64,000 nt of DNA, taken from IMG/VR virus record IMGVR_UViG_3300035698_024184, positions 816 through 64,815 of that record; one strand, 5' to 3'. A model generated the notes under the pieces. It saw nothing but the letters and a program-made list of their open reading frames with translations, ran no database searches and was not told the DNA's origin. The position numbers and the translations under genes were made by a program. Position 1 is the stretch's first letter, and each line of letters opens with the position of its first letter. Below are positions 7,798 to 17,128 of the stretch, in pieces. The DNA is from a virus. Lineage: Duplodnaviria; Caudoviricetes.

Positions 7798-8261
7798 TTA
7801 CAGTTACCTTAAAATATCTAACTAACTCATCTACAATATATTTACGAGCCTCAAGTTTACCTTTATGATAATATGCCATAGAACTACATGCTCCGTTAGC
7901 AATGGTTTCGTTCTCATAAAGAGCTTTATCTACTAGCATATCAGCCAAAATACTTTTATATAATTCTTTTATTGTTTTACTAATTATTTACCCTTTCAAA
8001 GGTAGTTTAATCTCCAAACAGCATAATTCCAACAGCAGCCAACAGATAACTGCCAGCCATTATATAATTCGTTATCACATCATTTGCCTGCGAAATACAA
8101 ACGCCTGCCAGTATCAAGCAACCGACTATGTAAATGTCTTTTTTCATTCAAAAACTCCTTAGATAATTTCTGGCATCATTTCTCGTTGAAACATACTCCG
8201 TGTGCAGAACCACTTTGATTTCGCCACCATCTGCAATTGTAACAGGTTTTATTATCGGTAC

Positions 8262-8699
8262 TCACTTTGCACCTTTACTTTCTTTTGCCCTCTCATAAGG
8301 TGAATCCACCATTTTGTCGGGATCATCATGTATATTACCTATAAGAGATATACCTTCTTTTAAGTAATTAGGGTTGTATAAATGACACTTATTTAAGAAA
8401 CAGAAATCGCCATCTATGAATTCGATTTTAGCTACTTTCTCAACACCACAAATATCAAATCTTACTATATCACCTTCATATAACTGAAATCCACATCTAT
8501 CAATACGTCCAGATAATTGTCCAACGGTTTCAGGTATAATGCCAAAAAACACTTCTGGGTTAAAGTCTGATTGTACTGTATCGTAATCGTTTCTACATAT
8601 TTTAGCTCGTTGAAATCCATCAGTTGTATATAAAACTAAGTTACCATATACCCATTCATTATTATCAATTTATTTACCTCTGAATTTTATCTCTCGCAT
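8262..8699 (-). pseudogene. YopX-family protein with premature in-frame TAA at codon 10 (8670-8672)
   Basis: MREIKFRGK*IDNNEWVYG ... PETVGQ..G..D..G..LYEGDIV ... IGNIHD; both parts in the same frame. Confidence 0.8.
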
Positions 8700-8708
8700 T
8701 TTTCATTC

Positions 8709-8903
8709 TCACTTTCTTGGATTCTTTTTTGATCTTCTACACGCATTGTAAATTGCAATACAATCCTCGCACGTTATTGGTTTCTTTGTAAATTCATCAT
8801 CGTCAAAAAATCGACTGGCATTACAAAGAGGTCGATTATCATATATGGGACTGGTAAAGTGAACTATGGTTCCGCTCCAGTGATATAGGTTTCTACGTTT
8901 CAT
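8709..8903 (-). CDS. Hypothetical Zn-binding protein
   Basis: 64 aa; H..LC..ITC..C. Confidence 0.6.
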   Translation of the reverse strand: MKRRNLYHWSGTIVHFTSPIYDNRPLCNASRFFDDDEFTKKPITCEDCIAIYNACRRSKKNPRK

Positions 8904-9145
8904 TTTGTTTTCCTTTTACCCAGATTATTTTGCTCATATACAACTTCTTCTGTCGGCTTTGATCCGTCAAATAACCACAAATAAACCCTGGCTTCTTTCA
9001 ATGTATCAAACGAATCTTGACAATATGCTCCATCTGAATTTAACGAAGCATCTACCCACCACCATCGAAACAATGAATGTTTCTGCTGAATTACAAATTC
9101 AACACGACCCTTAAACCCTGTTCTTTTAATTATTCTACATTTCAT
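8900..9145 (-). CDS. Hypothetical protein
   Basis: 81 aa ORF, overlapping start/stop. Confidence 0.65.
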   Translation of the reverse strand: MKCRIIKRTGFKGRVEFVIQQKHSLFRWWWVDASLNSDGAYCQDSFDTLKEARVYLWLFDGSKPTEEVVYEQNNLGKRKTK

Positions 9146-9290
9146 TTATTTTTAATCCTTTTATATCTAACGCTAACAGGCCATTCTGCAACAATGTCCA
9201 CCTTGTAGATAGGCTCCAGTAATATCCCCGTCGCTGCAAACAAAACCATGAAAAATATAACCCTCTGGTGCTGGTAAGCGTTCTCGCATT
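9142..9290 (-). pseudogene. Frameshifted paralogous fragment of the C-terminus of 9420..10019
   Basis: LPAPEGYIFHGFVCSDGDI / EPIYKVDIVAEWPVSVRYKR versus FPPGGYVLDGFVYEDGKV..YPIRKPLEDIIWPTAVRYRR. Confidence 0.6.
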
Positions 9291-9315
9291 CGCCACGGGA
9301 GCTTATTCAATTGTC

Positions 9316-9386
9316 AAAAAACCTTGCCTTGTTAAGCCCTGCTTGGTCTCGCCGAGCCACGCCCGCCAAACCTAGCCTGACCCTGA
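9316..9386 (-). repeat. Degenerate 5-nt-period GG-containing repeat tract
   Basis: Minus strand: cagggtcaggctaggtttggcgggcgtggctcggcgagaccaagcagggcttaacaaggcaaggttttt. Confidence 0.6.
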
Positions 9387-9419
9387 ATTCACCCTTTTTA
9401 TCTCTGTAAATTTCTATTT

Positions 9420-10019
9420 TCATTTTCTTCTATACCTCACAGCAGTTGGCCATATGATATCTTCCAAAGGTTTTCTTATAGGGTACAAACTAACCTTACC
9501 ATCCTCATACACAAAACCATCCAGTACGTAGCCACCTGGCGGAAAGAAGTGTAAAACATCAGTATACGGAACTTGTCTGCCGTTGAGCATTATACGTTTA
9601 CAGTCAAGAAAATTATTGATTATAAGATCAATATATTCCGGCTCAGGTTCCAGTTCGTAATCTTCGGATAGTCTGTAAACATCGTTTAACATGAGATGTC
9701 GTTTTGGCAATACATTTACCCACTTGCCATGAGCATCAACCCTTTGACAATGCTCCTCATGTTCTCTTAGGTATTCCTGTACCTCTTTCGACAAGAAACA
9801 ATAAACTCTCTCGTTCTTTTTCAGTAATTCAACTATTTCTTTTTCAGTCATTTTATTCCCACTTTCTGGGTCATAACCTAAAGGTTGCCCCAAAACCCAA
9901 GGCGTTTTACGAGACCGTTCCTGCCAATCAAAAAGATCCTGAAGCAATTGCTTCTCTCTCTCTGTTGGTTTTAGATCGTCATCGGTCAGAGAGCATAGTA
10001 TTTTATTATCATTACTCAT
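9420..10019 (-). CDS. Hypothetical protein
   Basis: 199 aa ORF. Confidence 0.7.
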   Translation of the reverse strand: MSNDNKILCSLTDDDLKPTEREKQLLQDLFDWQERSRKTPWVLGQPLGYDPESGNKMTEKEIVELLKKNERVYCFLSKEVQEYLREHEEHCQRVDAHGKWVNVLPKRHLMLNDVYRLSEDYELEPEPEYIDLIINNFLDCKRIMLNGRQVPYTDVLHFFPPGGYVLDGFVYEDGKVSLYPIRKPLEDIIWPTAVRYRRK

Positions 10020-10050
10020 TTTTTGACTTTTTCAGTCATTTTGTTCTCGT

Positions 10051-10401
10051 TCATTCCAATAACTCCTTTTCATAAACATGCCAATCTTGTCCATTATCTT
10101 CGCCATACTCTTTTTTACTTTCAGCCATTGCCTTTTCCGCCCCTTTCTTCGTCTTATGTATGGAATGTAAATACACGAATCCATCATCATCGCTAGATTC
10201 AAAAATACAGACATTCATACGGAGTAATTTATTCTCCTTCGCCATTCGTAGTACTGCCTTTTCCAAGCCATCGAAGCCTTGGTACAACTGTTGATTCTTC
10301 TTCGCCAGTTTACAGTTATCCCTCTCCAGTTGTTCAAAATGCCTCTCTCTGCAATCGCAGGCGTGAAAATGGGTTACACATGGTTTATCTATTTCGGGCA
10401 T
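10051..10401 (-). CDS. Hypothetical protein (CVTHFHACDCRE motif plus coiled coil)
   Basis: 116 aa ORF. Confidence 0.7.
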   Translation of the reverse strand: MPEIDKPCVTHFHACDCRERHFEQLERDNCKLAKKNQQLYQGFDGLEKAVLRMAKENKLLRMNVCIFESSDDDGFVYLHSIHKTKKGAEKAMAESKKEYGEDNGQDWHVYEKELLE

Positions 10402-10434
10402 TATTCACACTCGCTTTCTTTCGTGGTCTATATT

Positions 10435-10587
10435 TCATTTTTTGAACCTCGTTGGTTTTGCTTTTACACCACAGAACGAACATCTTTGACCATCGGACAC
10501 TTTAGAACAATCGCAACTATAACACCAACCCCTGGATTTTCTGGGTTTCAACCTCATTGTCCTGTTAGTATCAAATTTTTCACGGAT
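10435..10587 (-). CDS. Small Zn-finger protein (C..CD......C..CG)
   Basis: Two CxxC pairs in the 10435..10644 ORF; start uncertain. Confidence 0.45.
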   Translation of the reverse strand: MREKFDTNRTMRLKPRKSRGWCYSCDCSKVSDGQRCSFCGVKAKPTRFKK

Positions 10588-10846
10588 CGTGTTTCTTTCT
10601 ATAATAATTAGCCATAAACATCGCAAAATTTGCAATATCGGCACATTCTAATATAACGTCATCTGAACTTTTCCTATTTATCAAAGCATCTTCAAGCTCT
10701 CGTAACTCCTCTTTAAGTCGTCTAAGAAAAAACGTCATACTATCAAAGGGAAAATCAAAATCCTGATCGCATTTAGGTTCCAGTTTTTCCCACATCTTTT
10801 CATTAAACCATATCAGGAGGTTTTTTGTTCTTTTCGTATGTTCCAT
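10580..10846 (-). CDS. MazG-like all-alpha NTP pyrophosphohydrolase
   Basis: EE..EL...... E.ADIANFAM motif. Confidence 0.7.
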   Translation of the reverse strand: MEHTKRTKNLLIWFNEKMWEKLEPKCDQDFDFPFDSMTFFLRRLKEELRELEDALINRKSSDDVILECADIANFAMFMANYYRKKHDP

Positions 10847-11027
10847 AATTTATTCCTTTTTTATATTTTTGAAAGTATAATAATCCATGCAAATAATATA
10901 AACAAACTACCAATTATTATACACGTAACTGGTGAACAAATTTGAGCCATAAATACACTCGCACTTACTAAACTTCCCACTATATAAATATCATCTCTCA
11001 TTTTAATCCCTTTTTAATACAAAATCT

Positions 11028-11222
11028 TTATTCAATCTTAACTACTTTAGAATCATCAATATCACACCATCCTATCACTCCTCCCACAATAGGAATTGCA
11101 ATTCCAACAATCCCAAAAACTTCAGCTTTATACGGAGCTTCAAAATCACATTCTACCACATTAATAATATTCTTTACATATCCAACTAACATAAAAGATA
11201 TTACTAACATAAGAATTAGCAT
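11028..11222 (-). CDS. Small membrane protein (CDFEAPYKAE motif)
   Basis: Two hydrophobic segments. Confidence 0.7.
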   Translation of the reverse strand: MLILMLVISFMLVGYVKNIINVVECDFEAPYKAEVFGIVGIAIPIVGGVIGWCDIDDSKVVKIE

Positions 11223-11244
11223 CGTTATTGCTGGTATTTTTCTT

Positions 11245-12048
11245 TCATTTTAATCCTTTTTTAATTTTATCTACCATTGGTCTAGTTTTTGTAGTCAACA
11301 CACCTTGTTGATCCGCATGAGCCTCATTAAACATTTGCTTAATATCTAAGAAAAGTGAATTTGTAGCTCCATATTTCTTTTCAAGATTACTTTTAAATTT
11401 TTCTCCACCATTAACAGTTTCAATAAATGAAGCTTCTTTTTCAGATATTCGTTTACGCCCTATAGCAATTTCTGTAATTGAACCTGTAGCTGGAAACATA
11501 CCAGCAATAAAACGTAAAATTCCCATCGCAATAGGAGCAGTTATCGGACTAAACAACATTAACACTAATATCAAAATAATAAATGTTGAACCAAATAATA
11601 CTGTCCAAAATACACCTCTTATCCACACCCAAAATTGCTCCCAAGCTCCATATCCGTGCATACTTCCTACCGTCGAGCCTCCTTTACCATCAAAAGTAAA
11701 TCCTTGATCTTTTGCCGCAGCTTCATTAGCAGACAAACCAAACCAACTTATACCTCGCCAAAATGATTTATCAGAAGTTATTTCTGAATTTACACCCTGA
11801 GCAGATTTTTCTGCCTGACGTACACCTTCATCTAATTTATATTCAACTTCTACATTATCAGGTAAATCAGCAACTAATTGTTCAATTGCTGTTGGAGATA
11901 CAATTTCTTTACTACCAAACACTTGTTTTCCAATACCACAACCCAATAAAAAAGAAGCTACACAAAATATCACTACCATAATAGGAACTATTAAGGATTC
12001 TTTAGTTTCTAATTTTTCTGTTAACATTCTTTTCCTCCTCAGTATCAT
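11245..12048 (-). CDS. Multi-pass membrane protein
   Basis: TM segments near the N-terminus and at residues ~140-185. Confidence 0.75.
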   Translation of the reverse strand: MILRRKRMLTEKLETKESLIVPIMVVIFCVASFLLGCGIGKQVFGSKEIVSPTAIEQLVADLPDNVEVEYKLDEGVRQAEKSAQGVNSEITSDKSFWRGISWFGLSANEAAAKDQGFTFDGKGGSTVGSMHGYGAWEQFWVWIRGVFWTVLFGSTFIILILVLMLFSPITAPIAMGILRFIAGMFPATGSITEIAIGRKRISEKEASFIETVNGGEKFKSNLEKKYGATNSLFLDIKQMFNEAHADQQGVLTTKTRPMVDKIKKGLK

Positions 12049-12199
12049 AATATCTAATAGTTAATGATTCAGTTCGATATGGACCCGAACTTTTTTCATT
12101 ATAGCTATCTCCAGTATTCTTTACTTGATTTTTTAATCCCGCTGCACTACAACCAACTAGAATAAAAATCAATGTCAATAACACAATAAATTTTTTCAT
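12002..12199 (-). CDS. Small lipoprotein
   Basis: MKK-hydrophobic-LVGC lipobox. Confidence 0.7.
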   Translation of the reverse strand: MKKFIVLLTLIFILVGCSAAGLKNQVKNTGDSYNEKSSGPYRTESLTIRYYDTEEEKNVNRKIRN

Positions 12200-12224
12200 A
12201 TTACACCTTTCATTTAATTAATAA

Positions 12225-12285
12225 TATCATTAAATACAATTATAACATATCTTCAAAAATTCACAAGTAAAAATTAAATTATTTT
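12225..12285 (-). promoter_or_regulatory. Promoter module, 61-bp exact repeat of 36564-36624
   Basis: TTGTGA-16 bp-TATAAT with TGn; identical 61-mer at both loci. Confidence 0.8.
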
Positions 12286-12469
12286 ACATAAACTTATATG
12301 TTAAAATATCTAATTCATCACTACATTCTCTTACTGCTGAAACAGCATCTTCTATATTTGTTACAGAAAATACTTCCTCTAAATCCAATTTTTTTAAAGG
12401 ATTTTCTATATCTCGTATCACTCCAATAAATCGATCATCTTCTTCTAAAATTGCAATAAATTTCATCAT
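12284..12469 (-). CDS. Hypothetical protein
   Basis: 61 aa ORF with SD. Confidence 0.6.
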   Translation of the reverse strand: MMKFIAILEEDDRFIGVIRDIENPLKKLDLEEVFSVTNIEDAVSAVRECSDELDILTYKFM

Positions 12470-12478
12470 TTTAATTCC

Positions 12479-12790
12479 TTATAAATCAGTTACTACCCAA
12501 GATAAAAACAAACCCCTATTAACACTTATACGTAATGGTTGTCTTATAAAATCGTTAGCATATCCTACTAAACATATAGAAGTATCTCTGGCTATGTTTG
12601 TCTTTTCTAATAATGTTTTTAATTTTTCAACTGCGGCATTTGTCATAATAATTTCAAAATTTTCAACTGCTGTATTTATTCTAAGATACTTAAATTCATC
12701 ATTTTTTTTAATTTTTTGAACTTCTAGGTTTTTCTTGATGTCTTCCATTATACCTCCTTTTTTTCGGAAGAGAACAAAATGGACATACAC
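12479..12790 (-). CDS. Hypothetical protein (likely start MEDIKK)
   Basis: AGGAGG SD inside the ORF 5' end. Confidence 0.6.
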   Translation of the reverse strand: MYVHFVLFRKKGGIMEDIKKNLEVQKIKKNDEFKYLRINTAVENFEIIMTNAAVEKLKTLLEKTNIARDTSICLVGYANDFIRQPLRISVNRGLFLSWVVTDL

Positions 12791-12896
12791 CTGTTGTTCC
12801 TACTGGAATAATATAAGCACGACCACATTTTTTACACTTATTTATTTTAGTATTCTGCATCATCATTCTCCTTATATTCAATATTAGGAATTTCAA
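12708..12896 (-). CDS. Small Zn-ribbon protein
   Basis: CKKCG...CPFC. Confidence 0.5.
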   Translation of the reverse strand: MKFLILNIRRMMMQNTKINKCKKCGRAYIIPVGTTGVCPFCSLPKKRRYNGRHQEKPRSSKN

Positions 12897-13392
12897 CTTT
12901 TATTAAAATTTTTCTTAAATTTTTCAATTTTTGTTCTCTAAATGATATAAAATTTCGTAAAAAATAAGTCCGTAAATTTCTTGCATTTTGCCATTCTTTA
13001 GGTAATTGAGTAAATAATAACCATTGAATACCCCATTGTTGACAAATTTCAAAAGCCTTTAAAAATAAACTCATTTTTGTATTATTAGTATCTTGATTAT
13101 AATTACTATTAAAAGTCATCCAACGTAATTCAGCACATCTATCCTCTTTTAACTCACTTTTAACAACACTAGGAATATACCAACTAGCATCTAAAGTTAC
13201 ACATCCTAATATTATCCTTCCAAAAATTACAAATATAGTTAAAAAATGTTGCTCTTGTTCAATCCAATAAATATATTTATCCTTTAAAAAAGGTTCATCC
13301 CAAATTTGCAAATTTTTATTATAATATTCTTCAATAAAATGTACCCCTAATGGATGAAAACCTACGACGACTTTTTCAATTTTTTTCGGCAT
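12847..13392 (-). CDS. Hypothetical protein, possibly GNAT-fold
   Basis: GRIILGCVTL...AELRWM...LF..AFE.C...G...L pattern is GNAT-like. Confidence 0.4.
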   Translation of the reverse strand: MPKKIEKVVVGFHPLGVHFIEEYYNKNLQIWDEPFLKDKYIYWIEQEQHFLTIFVIFGRIILGCVTLDASWYIPSVVKSELKEDRCAELRWMTFNSNYNQDTNNTKMSLFLKAFEICQQWGIQWLLFTQLPKEWQNARNLRTYFLRNFISFREQKLKNLRKILIKVEIPNIEYKENDDAEY

Positions 13393-13496
13393 TTTATTTT
13401 CTTAATCTTATCCTGTTGTTTTCCAAATATATACTCATAATTTTCATTATATCTTTTTAAATTTACAGGTCGATATTTATCTCCTTTTCCAGCCAT
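13362..13496 (-). CDS. Small phage protein (MAGKGDKYRPVN...NYEYIFGK, 44 aa)
   Basis: Below the ORF track cutoff; GAGG SD; recognisable motif. Confidence 0.6.
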   Translation of the reverse strand: MAGKGDKYRPVNLKRYNENYEYIFGKQQDKIKKIKCRKKLKKSS

Positions 13497-13832
13497 TAAT
13501 TATACCTCTTTTTCGTTTTTTATTAAAATCCTGAAATTGTCTTATTTTCTTAAATACAAATTTATTCTTATTTATTTTAGATAATTTTAAATAAATTGCA
13601 TTAACATCTACTTCCATTCCTTCAAATACACAATCTTTTTCTTTACATCCATGTAAAACATAACAAGGTAAAAATATATCTACAATATCATCAATTTTTT
13701 GACTAACTTTAATTTTTTCTGTAATTTCACAAACAATTTTACGAGAACGAATTTCAATAACTCGAAACCATGTACCATAAATATCAAAACAACAATCTAT
13801 AGAAATTTCACCAGATTTCAAAGCTTTTTTAC
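13477..13832 (-). CDS. Hypothetical protein (start uncertain)
   Basis: Part of ORF 13477..13941 not overlapping nrdJ; GGAGG SD before MGVRKK. Confidence 0.5.
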
Positions 13833-16800
13833 GAACACCCATTACTACCTCCACAATCTCGACATACATAACATTTACCACCAGCCGTAGTCTGAATGTT
13901 ATGTGAACCACAAAAAATACACATTCGTCCATCTTTAACATCTATATTATCGTCTTTTATACTAACTATTTTTTCATCATCTTCATTATTAATAAAATTT
14001 ATCCAATTTTCACCATTATCATTTAATTCTTTCAAAAAACTAAAAATATAATCAGTCAAACTTCTCGTTGTTTTTAATGCCCTTAGTTTGTCTCCAGTAA
14101 AACCATTTGGTTCAAAAACAATTCCGTGCATTTTATCATATAATTCATCTATATCAATTCCACTTTGTAAACAATAACTAATTAATATTCCAATAGTATC
14201 AGCTAATCCCGCAAAAGTTGACCCTTCCTTAGAACAAGTAATAAATACTTCTAAAGGACGATAAATTTTGGAACAAAATCCCACATGAATATAGCCACTT
14301 AATGTTCCTATTTGAAAATGTTTTCTAATTGATAACACTACATCAGGAAGTTTATATCGAATAGGCTTAGGAATTACCTCTTTTATAATTTCTTTTTCTA
14401 TTTTTGTTTTATTATAAACATCACAAACCTTACTTTTAGCTCGATAAAGTGCAATACATTTTAAACCCATTTCCCATGCTTTTATAAATGTATTCTTTAT
14501 ATCTTCCACAGTAGCTTTTTCTGGAAGATTTACAGTCTTACTAATAGCCCCTGTTAAAAACTGTTGAGCCGCTTTCATAATTCTAAGATGCCCATCAACA
14601 GAAATTGCTTTTTCTTTCAAATTAATTGGAACAGCAACAGCAAAAACCTCTTCATGTTCTTTTTTCAACAATGGACACCCAATAATAGTTTTGTTCTTTA
14701 ATAGATAATCTTTAATAGTTTTAATATCATTTTCATTATAATTTAGTGTTCGTAATCCTCTTTCTACACTAGAATTAACCATCAACAACTCTTCACCTTC
14801 AAGTATAGATTTAGTTTTAACTAAACAATACTCTGGTTCAATTCCAGTTGTATCACAATCCATCATTAAACTAATGGTCCCCGTAGGAGCCAATAATGTA
14901 AGATGTAAATTTCGTAAATCTAATTCAGGAAAGGACCAATCTAATTTAGTATCAAATTTTTTAACTAAAGATAAATTTACCATCTTTTTACAAGTATTAA
15001 CCGAAACTTTATTATACTTTATTAAATTTCCACGAATTTTGCACCTAACTTCGGGTGTTACTTTTACACCTACCCCCACAATTTCTCCTAATTCAATCGA
15101 TGTTTTCATTGCTTTATGAGTTAAAAAAGCCGTTAAAAATTCAGTTATAACTTCTGCTTCCATAGAATCATAAGCTACGCCTATCGACATAAATAAACTA
15201 CCTAAATTTGTATAACCTAACCCAATAGGACGATATTCATGTGAATTATCTTCAATTTCCTGTGTAGGATAACCACTTAAATCAATTAATATATCCTGAG
15301 CAATAAACATAGTTCTTATTACTTCACCAAATTCCTCATAATCAAATTTATCTTCTTTCATAAATTTTAATAAATTAATACTAGCTAAATTACAAGCACT
15401 ATTATCAACAAAAACAAACTCAGAATTATGTACAATAACTCCTGGATGTTCTCTATCTCCAGCAACAATAAAATTATGATAATCTTCTACTTCTATATCA
15501 TAAACCGCACATTCTCTAACTTCTTTATACCAAACTGAATTTACTCTAGTTTCTTTATAACTCATAAAAAATTGAGCTTGTTGTAATACAGTATTTGGTT
15601 TTAAATCTTTTGCTGCTACCCATTCACCAGAAGCTAATAAATACTTATGCTCTGGAGTTGACAAAAGTATAGTTTCTTTATTAGTTGTTACTTCAACTAA
15701 TTCAGTTGTATAACCAGAACACCAAACCTTTTTTATTTGAGCAAATCGTAATTTTTGATTTTGTTTATCATATACTAATGCTTTTGGTAACTCTTTTCTC
15801 CCTATTAAATCTTCTATTTTAACACGACCACCCGCAATTTCTACATAAGTATTCCCTACAAAACAACAAGGATTTGTCCCTCTAATTTCATCAGTAACAA
15901 AAGAATCTTCTTGCATACGATCCCCAAAATGAACTCCTGGATCACCACACTTATGAGCATTTTCACAAAGTTGATTAAACAATTCTAATCCATTTACTTT
16001 TTCAAACTCGGCATCATTACGATTCTCTAAATAATACTCTTCTTCTTGTAAAACCATTTGTTCCATAAATGAATCAGGAATACGAACTGATATATTAGCA
16101 TTTTGATAAGCTACACTATTAACAGCCTCTCCATTAAACTCTTGTGAATAACCAAAATCAATTAAAGCTCGAATTTTATCTTCCTCTTTTGCTTTACAAG
16201 AAATCCATTCAAATATATCAGGATGATCTATATCTAAACTAAATAATTCTGCGGCTCTTCTTGTAACACCTCCTGATTTTACCACTGACGCAATAGCATC
16301 ATATATCTTAAAAAAAGATAGTGGCCCCGAAGGACTACCCCCACCAGTCAACTTTTCATTACACCCCCTAATTTTAGACATATTAATTCCTACCCCACTA
16401 CCTTGTTTAAATACATTAGATAATACACTCATTGCTCCATTAATAGAATCCATATTATCTTCAATGCCATAAATAAAACAAGCAGAACTTTGAGGATCTT
16501 CTTGAATACCTACATTAAAATAAACAGGGGAATTAAATGCTGCAATTTGATGATATTGTATATACAAAAGCGCTCTTCTAAATTTTTCTTTTTCAGTTTC
16601 ATTAAAATATTCCTTTTTAACTCCTTCATCCGCAATATTTTTAGCCACACGATCTAAAACCTGTACAACACTAACTTCCTTTAAAATTGTACTATTTCCT
16701 CCATACATATACTTAGTAGCCATAGTACGAACAGCCTGATCGGACCATTTTGGAGGAGCTAAAACTTCTACTTTTTCACCTCCAAATAATTTGATAAAAC

Positions 16801-16846
16801 GTAATTCTTCAGGAAATTTTTTATTATAATCAGAAAACGTCAACAT
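13829..16846 (-). CDS. nrdJ: Class II (B12-dependent) ribonucleotide reductase with mini-intein and C-terminal TSCPD/Zn-ribbon domain
   Basis: FNSP..FN.G, SACF, GSG.G.N.S, SGG.TRRAA, TNPC/SE, RPIGLG, APTGTIS, GAISKTVN motifs. Confidence 0.93.
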   Translation of the reverse strand: MLTFSDYNKKFPEELRFIKLFGGEKVEVLAPPKWSDQAVRTMATKYMYGGNSTILKEVSVVQVLDRVAKNIADEGVKKEYFNETEKEKFRRALLYIQYHQIAAFNSPVYFNVGIQEDPQSSACFIYGIEDNMDSINGAMSVLSNVFKQGSGVGINMSKIRGCNEKLTGGGSPSGPLSFFKIYDAIASVVKSGGVTRRAAELFSLDIDHPDIFEWISCKAKEEDKIRALIDFGYSQEFNGEAVNSVAYQNANISVRIPDSFMEQMVLQEEEYYLENRNDAEFEKVNGLELFNQLCENAHKCGDPGVHFGDRMQEDSFVTDEIRGTNPCCFVGNTYVEIAGGRVKIEDLIGRKELPKALVYDKQNQKLRFAQIKKVWCSGYTTELVEVTTNKETILLSTPEHKYLLASGEWVAAKDLKPNTVLQQAQFFMSYKETRVNSVWYKEVRECAVYDIEVEDYHNFIVAGDREHPGVIVHNSEFVFVDNSACNLASINLLKFMKEDKFDYEEFGEVIRTMFIAQDILIDLSGYPTQEIEDNSHEYRPIGLGYTNLGSLFMSIGVAYDSMEAEVITEFLTAFLTHKAMKTSIELGEIVGVGVKVTPEVRCKIRGNLIKYNKVSVNTCKKMVNLSLVKKFDTKLDWSFPELDLRNLHLTLLAPTGTISLMMDCDTTGIEPEYCLVKTKSILEGEELLMVNSSVERGLRTLNYNENDIKTIKDYLLKNKTIIGCPLLKKEHEEVFAVAVPINLKEKAISVDGHLRIMKAAQQFLTGAISKTVNLPEKATVEDIKNTFIKAWEMGLKCIALYRAKSKVCDVYNKTKIEKEIIKEVIPKPIRYKLPDVVLSIRKHFQIGTLSGYIHVGFCSKIYRPLEVFITCSKEGSTFAGLADTIGILISYCLQSGIDIDELYDKMHGIVFEPNGFTGDKLRALKTTRSLTDYIFSFLKELNDNGENWINFINNEDDEKIVSIKDDNIDVKDGRMCIFCGSHNIQTTAGGKCYVCRDCGGSNGCS
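15425..15865 (-). mobile_element. Mini-intein (147 aa, Hint only) inserted after the catalytic NPC cysteine
   Basis: Begins CFVGNT, block B TPEHKY, ends VYDIEV..HNF...IVHN followed by Ser+1; no LAGLIDADG domain. Confidence 0.92.
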
Positions 16847-17128
16847 TTACTCTTCATCCTCATCTAAATAAGCCCACACACTTTCTTCGGAAATAAAATA
16901 TAATTTTTCTTTAGTATCATATACAATATTATCTTTCAAAGACGCAATTATTTTTTGCCCTACATAAAAATTGGATTCTCCATCTTCAATATGAACAGCC
17001 CTAACTACACAATAATCTTCAACTTTAAATTGCTTTGTATTACTTGGTATTGCAATTTGACCAATTTTTTTAATAGGAACAAGTTGAACTAATAACCAAC
17101 CATCCATCATCTTCATTTTTTCAATCAA
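16847..17128 (-). CDS. groES: GroES/Cpn10-like co-chaperonin
   Basis: D.LLV......G.I.IP......V.AV......VG..I......Y.I.E..V.A pattern. Confidence 0.65.
   Translation of the reverse strand: MIEKMKMMDGWLLVQLVPIKKIGQIAIPSNTKQFKVEDYCVVRAVHIEDGESNFYVGQKIIASLKDNIVYDTKEKLYFISEESVWAYLDEDEE

Noticed and set aside
13829-13941. Extended 5' end of ORF 13477..13941 and similar extended starts (408, 685, 1971, 4152, 4971, 33688, 54282)
   Set aside because: The extensions overlap upstream genes, hairpins or promoters; better SD-ATG pairs lie downstream.
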